Below, in pieces: positions 52,431-64,000 of a stretch of DNA of 64,000 nucleotides. Made by a program: the position numbers and the translations under genes. The notes beneath the pieces are model-generated. The model made no database searches and had not been told where the DNA came from. It saw nothing but the letters and a program-made list of their open reading frames with translations. Location: positions 71,672,001-71,736,000 of the forward strand of contig NC_043005.1 in assembly GCF_006345805.1 (NCBI RefSeq), given 5' to 3'. The DNA is from Octopus sinensis (lineage: Eukaryota). Within the stretch, counting starts at the first letter, position 1. Every line of letters starts with the position of its first letter.

Positions 52431-53084
52431 CCTATCTATCCACCTATCTATTTCCTTCTCTTCCCCATCTCTCTCTCCCTCCATCTTCCTCTCTCTCTCT
52501 CTCTCTCGTGCACACACACTCACACAATGGTCCTCTAGATTCATTCACAAGACTTTGTTTGACCAAAGTGTTATAGCAGAAGACACAGGTACAAGGATGT
52601 CACACAGCAGGGTTGAACCCCCAAATCCTCTAGGTTGCAAAGCAGCCTTCTTAACCACACAGCCAAGTGCAGGTGATGCAAATCATTTTTGGCTAATGAA
52701 ACCAACAGACTATAGATGAAGTGTTGAAAAACATTGGGTACAAATCATTATATAACTTTACAATTTTAGCATTATTAATTAAAATATAGATTGATGTCTG
52801 CTGATATAGTTAAACTAATTCACTATCAACAGTCTCATCATCATTTTCATTATTTCTCATTATCATCACCACCATCAGCATCAATATTATTATTGCAAGC
52901 ATCTATTCAGTCAGTAAATAAGCTAGAAAATGCACCCAAATTTCCTTCCAATCCCATGTTAATGTCTTGGAGAAAGAGAGACACACTTATTAATATCAGC
53001 TCAAATGTGCTGTGCTGATGTACATATGTGTGTGTATACACCCTCCCACCACCATATATATATATATGATAGATTGCTTGCTAG

Positions 53085-53253
53085 CCACTAAACCCTTTTT
53101 CATTTTCTCTTCCCATTTATTTCTGTGTTCATTTCTGTCAAAGAGCATTGGCTTGAAATGTAAAAGATGCTCACTTCCTGAGCATTAAACTCGTACATCT
53201 GCTTGTTGCTTACACACGCATCTTCGTCTTTTGTTTTCTCTTTTTTTTGTAAA

Positions 53254-53258
<5 letters not shown>
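53085..53258 (+). mobile_element. Penelope-like terminal fragment, degenerate
   Basis: Homologous to the 10123 and 40065 copies. Confidence 0.5.
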
Positions 53259-53295
<37 letters not shown>

Positions 53296-53458
53296 GCATT
53301 TAGAAAGACATGTGTGAAAAGGTTGAGTTCTATTTCATCTTTTACTTTGGGGAGTTCCAAAAGGGGCAATTTCTAACAAAGATTCTTCATATTTCATTGG
53401 TAGCTTACTGGCATAAGATTTTTGCGAACATGAAATTATTACATATATATGGTGTGTA

Positions 53459-53617
53459 ATGAGAATTTATGGAATGGTATCCCATAAAAACTCAACTGAC
53501 TATTAAAGATGGAGAAAAGAAGATGTTAAAAATTCTTTTTGAAATTTTAACATATTCTCTTCTCCGTCTTTAACATTTTCTTGACTTTCTATGGGGTACC
53601 TTTCCATAAATTCTCAT
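53459..53617. repeat. Fold-back element (~73-bp imperfect arms, ~13-bp spacer)
   Basis: ATGAGAATTTATGGAA.GGTA.CCCATA... mirrored by ...TATGGGGTACCTTTCCATAAATTCTCAT. The right half recurs at ~39745-39835. Confidence 0.8.
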
Positions 53618-53631
53618 CTCACCCCATATAT

Positions 53632-54043
53632 TCTTTTATTCTTTTCTTTCTTTTACTTGTTTCAGTCATTTGACTGCGGCCATGCTGGAGCACCGCCTTT
53701 AGTCGAGCAAATCGACCCCGGGACTTATTCTTTGTAAGCCCAGTACTTATTTTATCGGTATCTTTTGCCGAACCGCTAAGTGACGGGGGCGTAAACGCAC
53801 AAGCATCGGTTGTCAAGCAATGCTAGGGGGACAAACGCAGACACACAAACATATACACACACATATATATTTACATATATACGACAGGCTTCTTTCAGTT
53901 TCCGTCTACCAAATCCACTCACAAGGCATTGGTCGGCCCGGGGCTATAGCAGAAGACACTTGCCAAGATGCCACGCAGTGGGACTGAACCCAGAACCATG
54001 TGGTTGGTTAGCAAGCTACTTACCACACAGCCACTCCTGCGCC
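53632..54043 (-). mobile_element. CORE-type SINE, near-consensus
   Basis: Reverse complement of 32899-33295. Confidence 0.9.
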
Positions 54044-54656
54044 TATATATGTATTTATGTGTATGGGTACAAGTTTGTGTGTAGCCTTGTCTAGACATCT
54101 CATAACTGGTTATAAATAATCATCATTTTCATACAAGTGAGGTTGTTCATTTCCAGTCTTCCAGGGAAAACATATCTAGCTATAGAAAAATTTACCTTGC
54201 TATGCTATGTCTAGAAAAAACAAAGAATAGCCAAATAAACTGATGTAAATCCATTCTTTGGTATATAAATCTGTGTGTGCCTATGTATGTGAATGCATGT
54301 ATAGATGTTCATAAATATAGAGAATGATGCCAAATAACTACAGAAACTGGTAGAATCAGAATCAGAATCATGCTGGATAAAATGTTTAGCAGCATTTCGT
54401 CTGTCTTCATGTTCTGCATTCAAATTTTGCCGAGGTTGAATTTGCCTTTCATCCTTTTGGGGGGTCAATAAAGTAGGTACCACTTTGTGCCAAAATGTGA
54501 AATCAGTATCTACATAAGTAATCTCCCTTGAAGTCATGGCAGTTATGTCACATGACACTTCAAACATTTTGCTTTTACTCTCCAAGAGCAAAGCTGACAT
54601 GTACATGCATGTCAAGCCTCAGAGAAAGATATGTGATTATATCACATATACACAGA

Positions 54657-54851
54657 CATGCAGGAAGTAAATAGACACCTTTAATTTTCAAAATCTCTTT
54701 TTTGATATTAATTGGTTGATGGAGAAGTTTTCTTCTTGCTGCACATCAATAGTACCCATTTTTTTTTGAAATTCTACACCACTGGAAACATATTACGACA
54801 CTTAGATGAGAAATTTTGAAAATTTAAAGGTGTCTATTTACTTCCTGCATG
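54657..54851. mobile_element. MITE with ~41-44-bp TIRs (Tc1/mariner-like CAGG start, tentative)
   Basis: CATGCAGGAAGTAAATAGACACCTTTAATTTTCAAAATCTC (54657-54697) versus its reverse complement at 54808-54851. Confidence 0.75.
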
Positions 54852-55693
54852 CTTGTGTATGTGGAGAACATTACACATGTAATCAGCAGCTATCCAAAAA
54901 TGTCAAAATATTACCTTCTTATGCAACATATTGATGTTGTTAAAGCAATATACAATACCATCAATAGTAAAGATTTATCTGGGACAAATAGGAAGACTAT
55001 ATTTGATGTTGAATATATCCATACAATCAGATCATAAAGAATAATAATAGAACATTCCCACCAAAACTTCCACTGGACATATAGCTGTTACATAGCTGTT
55101 TCTTTTATCATTTACTTGTTTCAGTCATTGGATTGTAGCCATTCTGAGGTTCTGTCTTGAAGTATTTCGTCAAACTTATTTCTTAAGTTTGTTACTTATT
55201 CTTTGGGTCTCTTTTGCTGAACTGCCAAGTTACTTGAATGTAAACAAACTAACACTTGTTATCAGTGAGGTGACAAACACAAAGACACACACACACAAGC
55301 ACAAACACACACACACATATAGGGAAAAATGAAAGGAGTGCAATGAACTTGCCTTGCGGAGTAGAATATCCAATGTTTCAGATGCAGTCTTTCATTGGGG
55401 GTAGAGAAAAAATGCTGGAGGTCTCTAGACACTGAAATAAAATTCTAAAAATTCAAGCTGTAAGGTGAACAGTGAAAATATGTAAGACTTTTCTGTAATT
55501 CAAGATTGTAATTTTATTCTTCCTTTGTCATCTAAATTCTATAATTCTGCTTGGTTTCATTGTCAAAAAGCAGCCAGTTTTATTGAAAGAATTCAAAGAA
55601 ATATTTCTTTAAAATGGTAATAGTCGTACATATATAAATAAATGAGAAGTATCATAATTCTATAATAGATATATACACCACACACATACACAC

Positions 55694-55747
<54 letters not shown>

Positions 55748-56521
55748 AATATATATATGTATGTATACTCACACATCATTAACATATATATATATATATG
55801 GTAGGTGTAAGAAACATCAACTTCTTAAAGAGATTACATGCATAATGAAAAAAATATAAAATGTTATTTCTTTAGTTTGTCACCTTGTCTACAAGCACCA
55901 AAGTGTCCATCTGTCAAGACCTTGGCTTCCAGCCTAAAATATGACAGAAGATAAAGACTGTAATATGTTCCATATGAAATTTTTATATTGCATACACAAT
56001 AAGAAAAATCATACATATTCGTGTGTATGTATGTTATCATGTGTGAATATGCATACATATATATACATATATATATATATACACACATATATGCATATAT
56101 GTCTGAATGTATATGCATACACACATGCACATACATATTGGAGTGTGTGCAAATATACATATGTATTATAAATATATGCCTAAAAAATAGTAAGTAATCA
56201 CTATAAATGCTCTAAAACTTTTTATCAAATTAGTGAAAGATCTGGTTAAAGAAAATATATATCTATAAACATCAATAGTAATTTTTCATTGGTAAAAGGA
56301 AAGAAATATTTACATTACAAATATAAAGTCTAATAGAATTTTATTTTTGTAACTCTTTTTTTTTATTTAGTTATTTATATTTATATATCTTGATTCAATG
56401 AAACCCTTTTAAAATGGTTCACTGAGAATCAAAAATGCAACCCCATATATGTATGTATATATATATGTATATATGTATATATGTATATATGTATATATGT
56501 ATATGTATATATATATGTATA

Positions 56522-56558
<37 letters not shown>

Positions 56559-57349
56559 GTATATATATACACACACACACAACACACACACACATTCATA
56601 CACATACACACACATATTTAAATGCAACTTTTGAGATTTATTGAATTTTGGTCTGGCCTGGAAATTTTATACTTTGTTCTTCTATCAGTTGGAAATTTTA
56701 CTGCTAACAGTATGAAAATATCAATTCACCAGGAGACTTGTAGATAGATATTTAATAAATAAATTTGAAAAAAAAGGACAAAATAAAACTATAAACCTGT
56801 CTAGAATTAGATACATTGCACATGAATGTTATGTAAAAAGAAGTTATAAATAAAATGTAGAAAAAAAAAGTTAGAAATAACTTTTATAGTAACAATACTA
56901 ATACTGATGATAATAATAATAATAATGATATGAAGTTATGATCTCATGCTAAATGAAGTATCTAAACTAATGTGAAAATCTTTATAACTGTCATTTATGA
57001 GTAAGTAGATAGAAATTAACAAAACTTCTTGTTTCTGAAATAATTATGCTTTGCTGAAAGTAAGAGAAAAAGTGATGGTGTTGACGGTGGTGGTGGTGGT
57101 GGTGGTGGTGGATATTACATGCACATGCATACGCACACACACACCACATAGACATGTGCGCACACTCATACACACAAATGCTCGCACACACACAAGGTCA
57201 AGACTAGTCGATCCTCCAAAGTCTGACATGATAGTCTTAATGCAATAGATATCATAAGAATTAATAAAATATTGAGGAGACATTGATTAGTTTAGAGGCT
57301 AAAGAGCCTCGTTTTATCATGTTTATTCATTCCATCATTATCAGCAGCA

Positions 57350-57890
57350 TTGTGGGGGGTGGGGTTGTTATTGCTGTTGCTTATGATGATGATGATGATG
57401 AAAAGGGGTGGAGGAGTAATAGGGGGTGGAGGAGAAGGATTTAAATGTGATGAGGAGGAGGAAGAGAAGAAGGGGAGGAGGTGGAGGAAGATGAAGAGGT
57501 GGAGGAAGAAGAGTTTGAAGACGAAGAGGAATGGAGAATGAATAGGAGGGGGAAAGGGAAGAATAGGAGGAGGAGCAACAGAAGAAGAAGGAATAGGAGG
57601 GGAGGAGTAAGAATGGGAGGAGGGTGGAGGGGAAGAAGAAGGGGAGAGGTGGAGGGGAGGAAGAAGGGGAGGAGGGTGGATGGGAGGAAGAAGGGGAGGA
57701 GGGTGGAGGGGAGGAAGAAGGGGAAGAGGAGGAGGAAGAGGAGCTGGTGAAGGAAAAGGAGGTGATAGTCATAAACAACGTCTTCATAGTTGTTACCACC
57801 ATTATCATCACCTTCATCATCACCATTATTATTGCCATCAGCATCATCACCATCACTGCCATTATCATCATCATCATCATCATCATATAG
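57350..57890. repeat. Triplet/purine-rich low-complexity tract with a ~27-bp minisatellite
   Basis: (GAT)n, (GGA/GAA)n, about 4 copies of GGAGGGTGGAGGGGAGGAAGAAGGGGA, then (CAT)n. Confidence 0.9.
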
Positions 57891-58286
57891 TCATTAAAAA
57901 CAACAATATCTATATGCCTGAAATGAGTTGTTGCTAATAAGATAATATAATTTTTTCACTCTAATTAATCTCAAACTATTAATTAGAGATGAAACACTTT
58001 CTTTCCCTTAATCCCTGATGTACCCATAGTCCCTCAACAGGATTTCAATTAGGAGCATTTAATTTCACACTAAAGAGAATAAGGTTTTTATCTAATACCA
58101 GTTCAATGGCCTAGAAGATAAAAGCATTGTTACAAAATGGCTCCTAATTCAACGCTAGTCTGCTAACGATATATACATGCCTGGCTCTGTATCAGTTACA
58201 ATGATGAGTGTTCCAGTTGCTTTGATCAATGGCACAGCCTGCTCATGAAATTAACATACGAGTGGCTGAGCATTCCACAGGCACCC

Positions 58287-58515
58287 TTAACCCTTTCGTT
58301 ACCAGCCTGGCCAAAACCGGCTCTGGCTCTGTAGTACAAATGTCTTGTTTTCATAAGTTTTGCATTAAAATATACCACCAAACCTTAGTCGCAATTTATA
58401 TGCCTAACACTAGCTTAATGATAACTGAGTTATTTTACTACATTCTTTGTTATATTTAAAATAATTGAAAGAAACACAGAGCATCTCAAAATACATACAG
58501 TAATGAAAGGGTTAG
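58287..58515. mobile_element. piggyBac-type MITE, family A
   Basis: TTAA-CCCTTTCGTTAC...GTAATGAAAGGG-TTAG. Confidence 0.85.
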
Positions 58516-58709
58516 CAGTTCTCAAGGAGATTCAGTGTGACACAGAATATGACAAGGCTGGGCCCCTTTTGAATTACAGGTACACATCAGTTTTGTCAAC
58601 TGAGTGGACTGGAGTAATAGAGTAAAATGAAGTGTCTTGCTCAAGGACACAACACATCACTGGAAATCAGACTAATGGTCATGTGATCATGAGCTGAATA
58701 TCCTAAGCA

Positions 58710-58938
58710 TTAACCCTTTCGTTGCCAATCCGGCTGAAACAGGCTCTGGCTCTTTAGTATAAATGTCTTGTTTTCGTAAGTTTTGAATTCAAATCTTCTG
58801 CCAAACCTTGGTCACAATATATGTTCCTAACACTAGCTTCATGATAACTAAGTTATTTTACTAAATTCTTTGTTATATTTAAAGTAATTGGAAGAAACAG
58901 AGAGCATCTCAAAATAAATACAGTAACGAAAGGGTTAA
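58710..58938. mobile_element. piggyBac-type MITE, family A
   Basis: TTAA-CCCTTTCGTTGC...GTAACGAAAGGG-TTAA. Confidence 0.88.
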
Positions 58939-59112
58939 GCCATGTAGCTTCACAATACATGCAGGAATGAAGATAGGAGATCAAGATGAATGAAGCATAA
59001 TGTTGTTGCTCATACTCTTTTGCTCTTTTAGAGATTGAATCATTGTGGATTCCTCATGCTCAGGCACCACTTTCAAGGAGTTTTGTATTAGTCCCCAGAT
59101 TTATTTATTTAT

Positions 59113-59335
59113 CATCATCATTTAACGTCCGTTTTCTATGCTGACATGGGTTGGGTGGTTTGACTGAAGTTTGGCAAGCCAGTAGGCTGCTGCACCAGGC
59201 TCTAGTCTGATCTGGCAAGGTTTCTACAGCTGGATGTCCTTCTTAACACCAACCACTCCAAGAGTGTAATGGGTGCTTTTTTCATGCCACTGGCACGGGA
59301 GCCAGTCAGGCGGCACTGGCATCAACCACGTTTGG
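59113..59335 (-). mobile_element. (GAT)n-tailed OK-like retroposon 3' part
   Basis: Reverse complement of 1330-1555. Confidence 0.8.
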
Positions 59336-59829
59336 ATACTTGTCACTATTCCTTAGTTATTCATTGAATGTCTCTGTTATTTTTGACATGAAGAGACAGA
59401 ATGTGGCCTGGACACAGATACACTCACACAAATATACATATATACACGTATGCATATGTGTGTGAAATTCTAGTCATTGCAAGTACTAGTGACATAGAAA
59501 AGGCACCCAGTACACACTGTAAAAGGGTTGTCATGAGGAGGAGCATCAAGCTGAAGAACTCAAACCAAGACAGAATAGAGCCTTGTACAACTCTCCAACT
59601 TACCAGTTCCTAGTCAAACTGTTTTACCTATGCTAGCATGGAAAACATGCTAAATGGTGCTGCTACTGCATTCTTCTACAAGAATATCATTGACAGTAAC
59701 TTTGCATAGTCTTTGTTGAGTTAAAAATCTTCTTTGGTTGTATGGTTTTGAGTGGAGTGTAAAATTGTTTTTATTATAACTGAACATAAAAACACATACA
59801 CACATATGTATGTTGTGTGTCAATGTTTC

Positions 59830-59863
<34 letters not shown>

Positions 59864-61702
59864 AATTAGAAAAAAACCACTATTATGTAATTCAAACAAT
59901 GATAGACATAAACCATATCATATAGAAAAAATAAAATATATTATAAAACATATATCTAGATCACAAAAAGTAGAAAAAATGAATAAACATTATATAATAG
60001 TATAGTCACTCCTCAGGTCAAATATTATATTTATTATATATAATAATATATATAATATATGTTTTCTCTAATTTATAAATATTATATATTTATATTGTGA
60101 AATTTGATTTAATACTAAATTGAATTTTTCCCTGTAAGTTTGGAGTTATACTCCCTAATATTATTAAGCTCTTTTTATGTAGCAAAATGAGTTATAATAT
60201 ACAAGATAATGGTTCTGTGTTATGAATATTTATACTCTGCATTCTAAAGATAATGAGTTTTTGTTTATTTTTCATTTTTAGAATTGTGGATAACTTAATC
60301 ATTTGATTAATCCTTTTATTAACATATTTCTGTTATACTACACAGCCAAGGTTTCAATTAATTTTGCAAACAAGAAAGAATTTAGAAAAATTGTTTTGTC
60401 ATTATTAATCTGGTATTTGATGTCATGAATTAAAATGAAATTTTGGTGGCAGGCTTTAATTCAAATCACTAAATGTGTATCATAGAATCAGAATTGGCTC
60501 TATGTCCACCTAATAATAATGTATGTAGAAGCATAGGTGTGTGGACATGTTTCTGTGCCTTCAAGCATTTCCGTCCATTCCGTCCATGCATTGGTAATAC
60601 CTGAGGAGTGGTGACATTGTTTATGTCTTGTACAAACCAAATGTTCAGTGATTCAGTTTGATGTATGTACACCTTCTTGAAGCATCTTACCATAGGCTAT
60701 GGTCTTAAAACGTCTTGTCTATCCAGTGGCAGCATAAAACAAGTGGGCATAAAAACAATGGTGATGAAATATATTTAAATGCTTTCAGCAATAAACGTAT
60801 ACTCCACTTATATTACTCAGAAGCTATAGGATGTCACACAAGCACTTAGCTCTGAGTGTAATGCTTCTTATAGCAGAAACTGATGTAAGCTAATGAAAGT
60901 CATTATATGACTCTTCTTCTTTTATCATTCATTAATCAATAAATGTGTGCATGTATGCATATATATATATATATATATATGTATACACACATATCCATAC
61001 ACACACACATATATATATATATACATAATTATGTATGTATATATATACATATGTGTGTGTGTATGTATGTGAGCATGCATGTATGGATGGATGAATGTAT
61101 GTATGTATGTATGTATGTATTTAGGCGCCAATAATATTTGCTAATATTTTATTCCATATTTACTTTTTGTGGTGTATTTTAAGTTTGATCTATCCTTTTA
61201 TTGATTTCACATAGACTTATGTCATATTTCATTTTTATCTGTTTTAATAACTATTTGAACACTTTCATGAATAATATTTAAACCAAGCACAGACAAAATT
61301 GGTATATGTGTATTTATAACACACACATATATTTATACACACACACTCACACACACACACACACACGCATATATAAGCTTTCATACAATTTCTGTCTTCA
61401 AAATTCAAGGAATTGTTTAAATTGCGGCTTCAATAAACGATGATTTTCAAAAAGCTGTATGCAATGGTATCACACCCAGAACCACAAATTTTATATAAAA
61501 CCACAAGTACAGTTATATGATGTCAGTTAGAAATCTAAGAGCTTTATAATGAGAGAGGAAAAAGTGATTGAAAATTTTTGTATCCTATGCTTCTTTCTTG
61601 CTTTATGGTTTGATATTCAGACTTCTAATTTTATGAAGATTTATCTAGGAATGATTATCTCCCTTACTGGCCACTAGGGCATGCAACACATTTATAACCT
61701 TA

Positions 61703-62096
61703 CAAGCAGTATCACCCAGCATTGCTCGGGTTTGTTTTGACCCTTTAGAATTGGAATTTTGAAAAGTAAAAATTTTGCATTATGTAGCTTGTTATTCTCT
61801 TTAAGTGTACATTTTTCTGGTTGAAATTCACTGAAAAATGGCGACACAGCAGTCAAAAAATCATAAGAAATAGGGATTTTCATAGAAAAAAAAAAGCACC
61901 TTTTTGATGTAAATAATTTTTGGTGTTAACATAGTCAAATTTGAATTTTTTCTTCTACGGAAGGAAGAGCAAGCCTTCTTCTATCATACTCTCAATTTTG
62001 GTCAACTTGTGCTGCAGGGTCTCGGAGGAGTTAGTGTTAGTTGAAGGCTACCAAGCCTGCCATACACAGACAACTTCAGCTTTATATATATAGAGA
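61703..62096 (-). mobile_element. Non-autonomous Helitron, full length (~394 bp)
   Basis: Minus strand: A|TCTCTATATATATAAAGCTGAAGTTG ... CCCGAGCAATGCTGGG-TGATACTG-CTTG|T (CTAG mutated). Confidence 0.8.
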
Positions 62097-63014
62097 TTTC
62101 TAAAAACATTTTTGCTAACAGGATAATTTATAATCTTCTTGGTGAACAATTTATAATCTTCTTGATCTGGTTATAAATAGTAAATGTATATATCTGACAG
62201 ACATGTGCACATATGCAAACATACACACATACATACACACTATGTATATCTAGCATGCATTGTAGAAATTAGCACATCTACTTGACCCATAAATTATTTT
62301 GCTACCTGTCTCTATCCCCAGAAGGCTGAAAATCCAAGTTAGCTGCAGTGTGATTTGACCTCAGAATGTAAAGCGCAATCAACAAAATACAGGAATTTTC
62401 TCAACACTAGAGCAATTCTCATTTCTTATTAGTTCAGCTTGAATTCTAAATAAATATCACATATGGGTCAGTCTATGGCTATTAGCAACAACACCACTGT
62501 ACTTCACTGTCTGGAGTTCTGAGCATAAATAATTTGACTTCTATTTCTAGCATAGCAACTGATGACACAGAGACTCCCCTCATTGGGTCTAGTATGTAAT
62601 GTGTGTGCCTATATTCATATATTCATATATATATATATATATGCATGTGTTTGTGTGTTTGATAGATTTACACTTTCTCAAATACTGTTTGATATCTTTT
62701 CTGTATTATTCTATGGTTCTGACAGTATTGTCAACGTGAGAAATCATTATTAATGTATTGTTGAAGAATAACCATTCTTACAAAGAAATGAAAATAAGAT
62801 GATGTCTATTGCACTTGATGCCAAAGAATATAATACAAAAGGTTTCATTATTTCCTACTCCTCAGTTAACCTATCTATCTTTCTATCTATCTATCTGTCT
62901 GTCTGTCTGGCTGGCTGGCTGCCTACCTACCTACCTGCCTACCTACGTACCTACTTACCTATCACTCTATCTATCTAGCTAACTATCTGTCAGTCTGTCT
63001 GTATGTATGTCTGT

Positions 63015-63057
<43 letters not shown>

Positions 63058-63788
63058 TTAGTCTGTGTGGATATATATATTATATATATATATATATAAT
63101 GTATGTATGTATGTGGGAGAATATATGTATGCATGAGAGATTATATACATGGGTATATGTGTGTGTGTGTGTTTCTGCTATGCTTGCATCTATCTATCTA
63201 TCTATCTATCTATCTATATCTATCTATCAATTTACCTATCTACATATTTGCCTAACCATCTATCAATCTGTCATTTTACCTGTTTGTCTATCAATACATC
63301 CATCCATCCATTCACAGATATTCATCCGTCTATGAAGGCAATTCAATGCATTTTAAAGGAATCATTATATCTCTCACTTATTACAGAGGTAGTCTGCAAA
63401 ATTGTCTCATACAAATAATCACTTATTCTCACCTGTCCTTCCTGATTGTACAGCATACGCATAGTTCAATGTTGCTGCTGTTTTGTCCATGCTTCATCTT
63501 CACTCAGTTATTCTGTCACATCCTCTAATTATCTCAATTACTTTATCTGTCCATTTTTCTGCCAACAAGATGCCAACCCAATGTTGTTCCCAACTCAGAA
63601 GGTTTAATACCTGTGTTTATTATTATCTAAAAAGAGACTAGCAGAGGCTCCCATGTCATTTTTCCACAGCATACATCTTCTTCTATTGTATTCCATTGTC
63701 CCTGCTAACCTGTAGTTTTCTTACCTGAAAGGATAAGAGGATCTTCTTGTGCTGGGTGGGTTGCATGATACATATGAAAGGAAGAAAA

Positions 63789-64000
63789 CTGATGACCAAA
63801 GGGCGAATCTACCAGGTATCCTCCTCTATGGTTGTGAAACATGGCCTATGAGGGTAGTCGATCAGCGAAGGCTGGAGGTGTTCGACAATGACTGTCTCCA
63901 CCGCTTTATTCGCTGGCGACGCATTGATCGGGTTCCTACAGCCGGTCTTGTCGTCGCCTGAATCTCCGGCCTCTCCCTTTGGTGCTTCTGCAACAGCACT
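63789..64000 (+). pseudogene. RTE-clade LINE fragment (post-RT region), runs off the window
   Basis: TKGRIYQ / ILLYGCETWPMRVVDQRRLEVFDNDCLHRFIRWRRIDRV contains the diagnostic LLYGCETW and RRLEVF...CL motifs, with frameshifts. Confidence 0.85.

Noticed and set aside
57368-57937. Acidic/basic, Pro/Ser-rich ORFs
   Set aside because: Low-complexity purine and triplet tract.
60691-60718. Minus-strand 28-nt micro-exon candidate (AG|ACAAGACGTTTTAAGACCATAGCCTATG|GTAAGA; TRRFKTIAY)
   Set aside because: The donor is good but the acceptor is weak and the peptide unidentifiable. It cannot be supported without RNA-seq.

Overview
AT-rich, repeat-saturated eukaryotic DNA. The SINE families, the microsatellite load and the (GAT)n-tailed elements look like Octopus genomic DNA; this is an inference from recognised repeat sequences, not a database hit. 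I cannot support any host protein-coding gene or true tRNA/rRNA gene. The listed ORFs are microsatellite translations, SINE read-throughs or transposon remnants. The window contains dozens of tRNA-derived SINEs of about four families, 3' fragments of RTE, CR1/L2 and older LINEs, a mariner transposase remnant, mariner- and piggyBac-type MITEs, ~395-bp non-autonomous Helitrons and Penelope-like terminal fragments. The most notable observations are five. (1) Repeated minimal hammerhead-ribozyme-like motifs with variant catalytic cores sit in the Penelope-like fragments. (2) Telomeric TTAGGG repeats are inserted, with a 12-bp flanking duplication, inside a SINE. (3) A series of short-spacer palindromes lies at transposon junctions, including a 35-bp hairpin whose three mismatches are all G-U. 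(4) Two piggyBac MITEs are inserted in one SINE. (5) A ~1-kb tandem duplication differs almost only by 1-bp indels and is a likely assembly artefact. Coordinates were read by eye, and the ends of degenerate repeats are approximate. Family names come from memory and need Dfam/Repbase confirmation.
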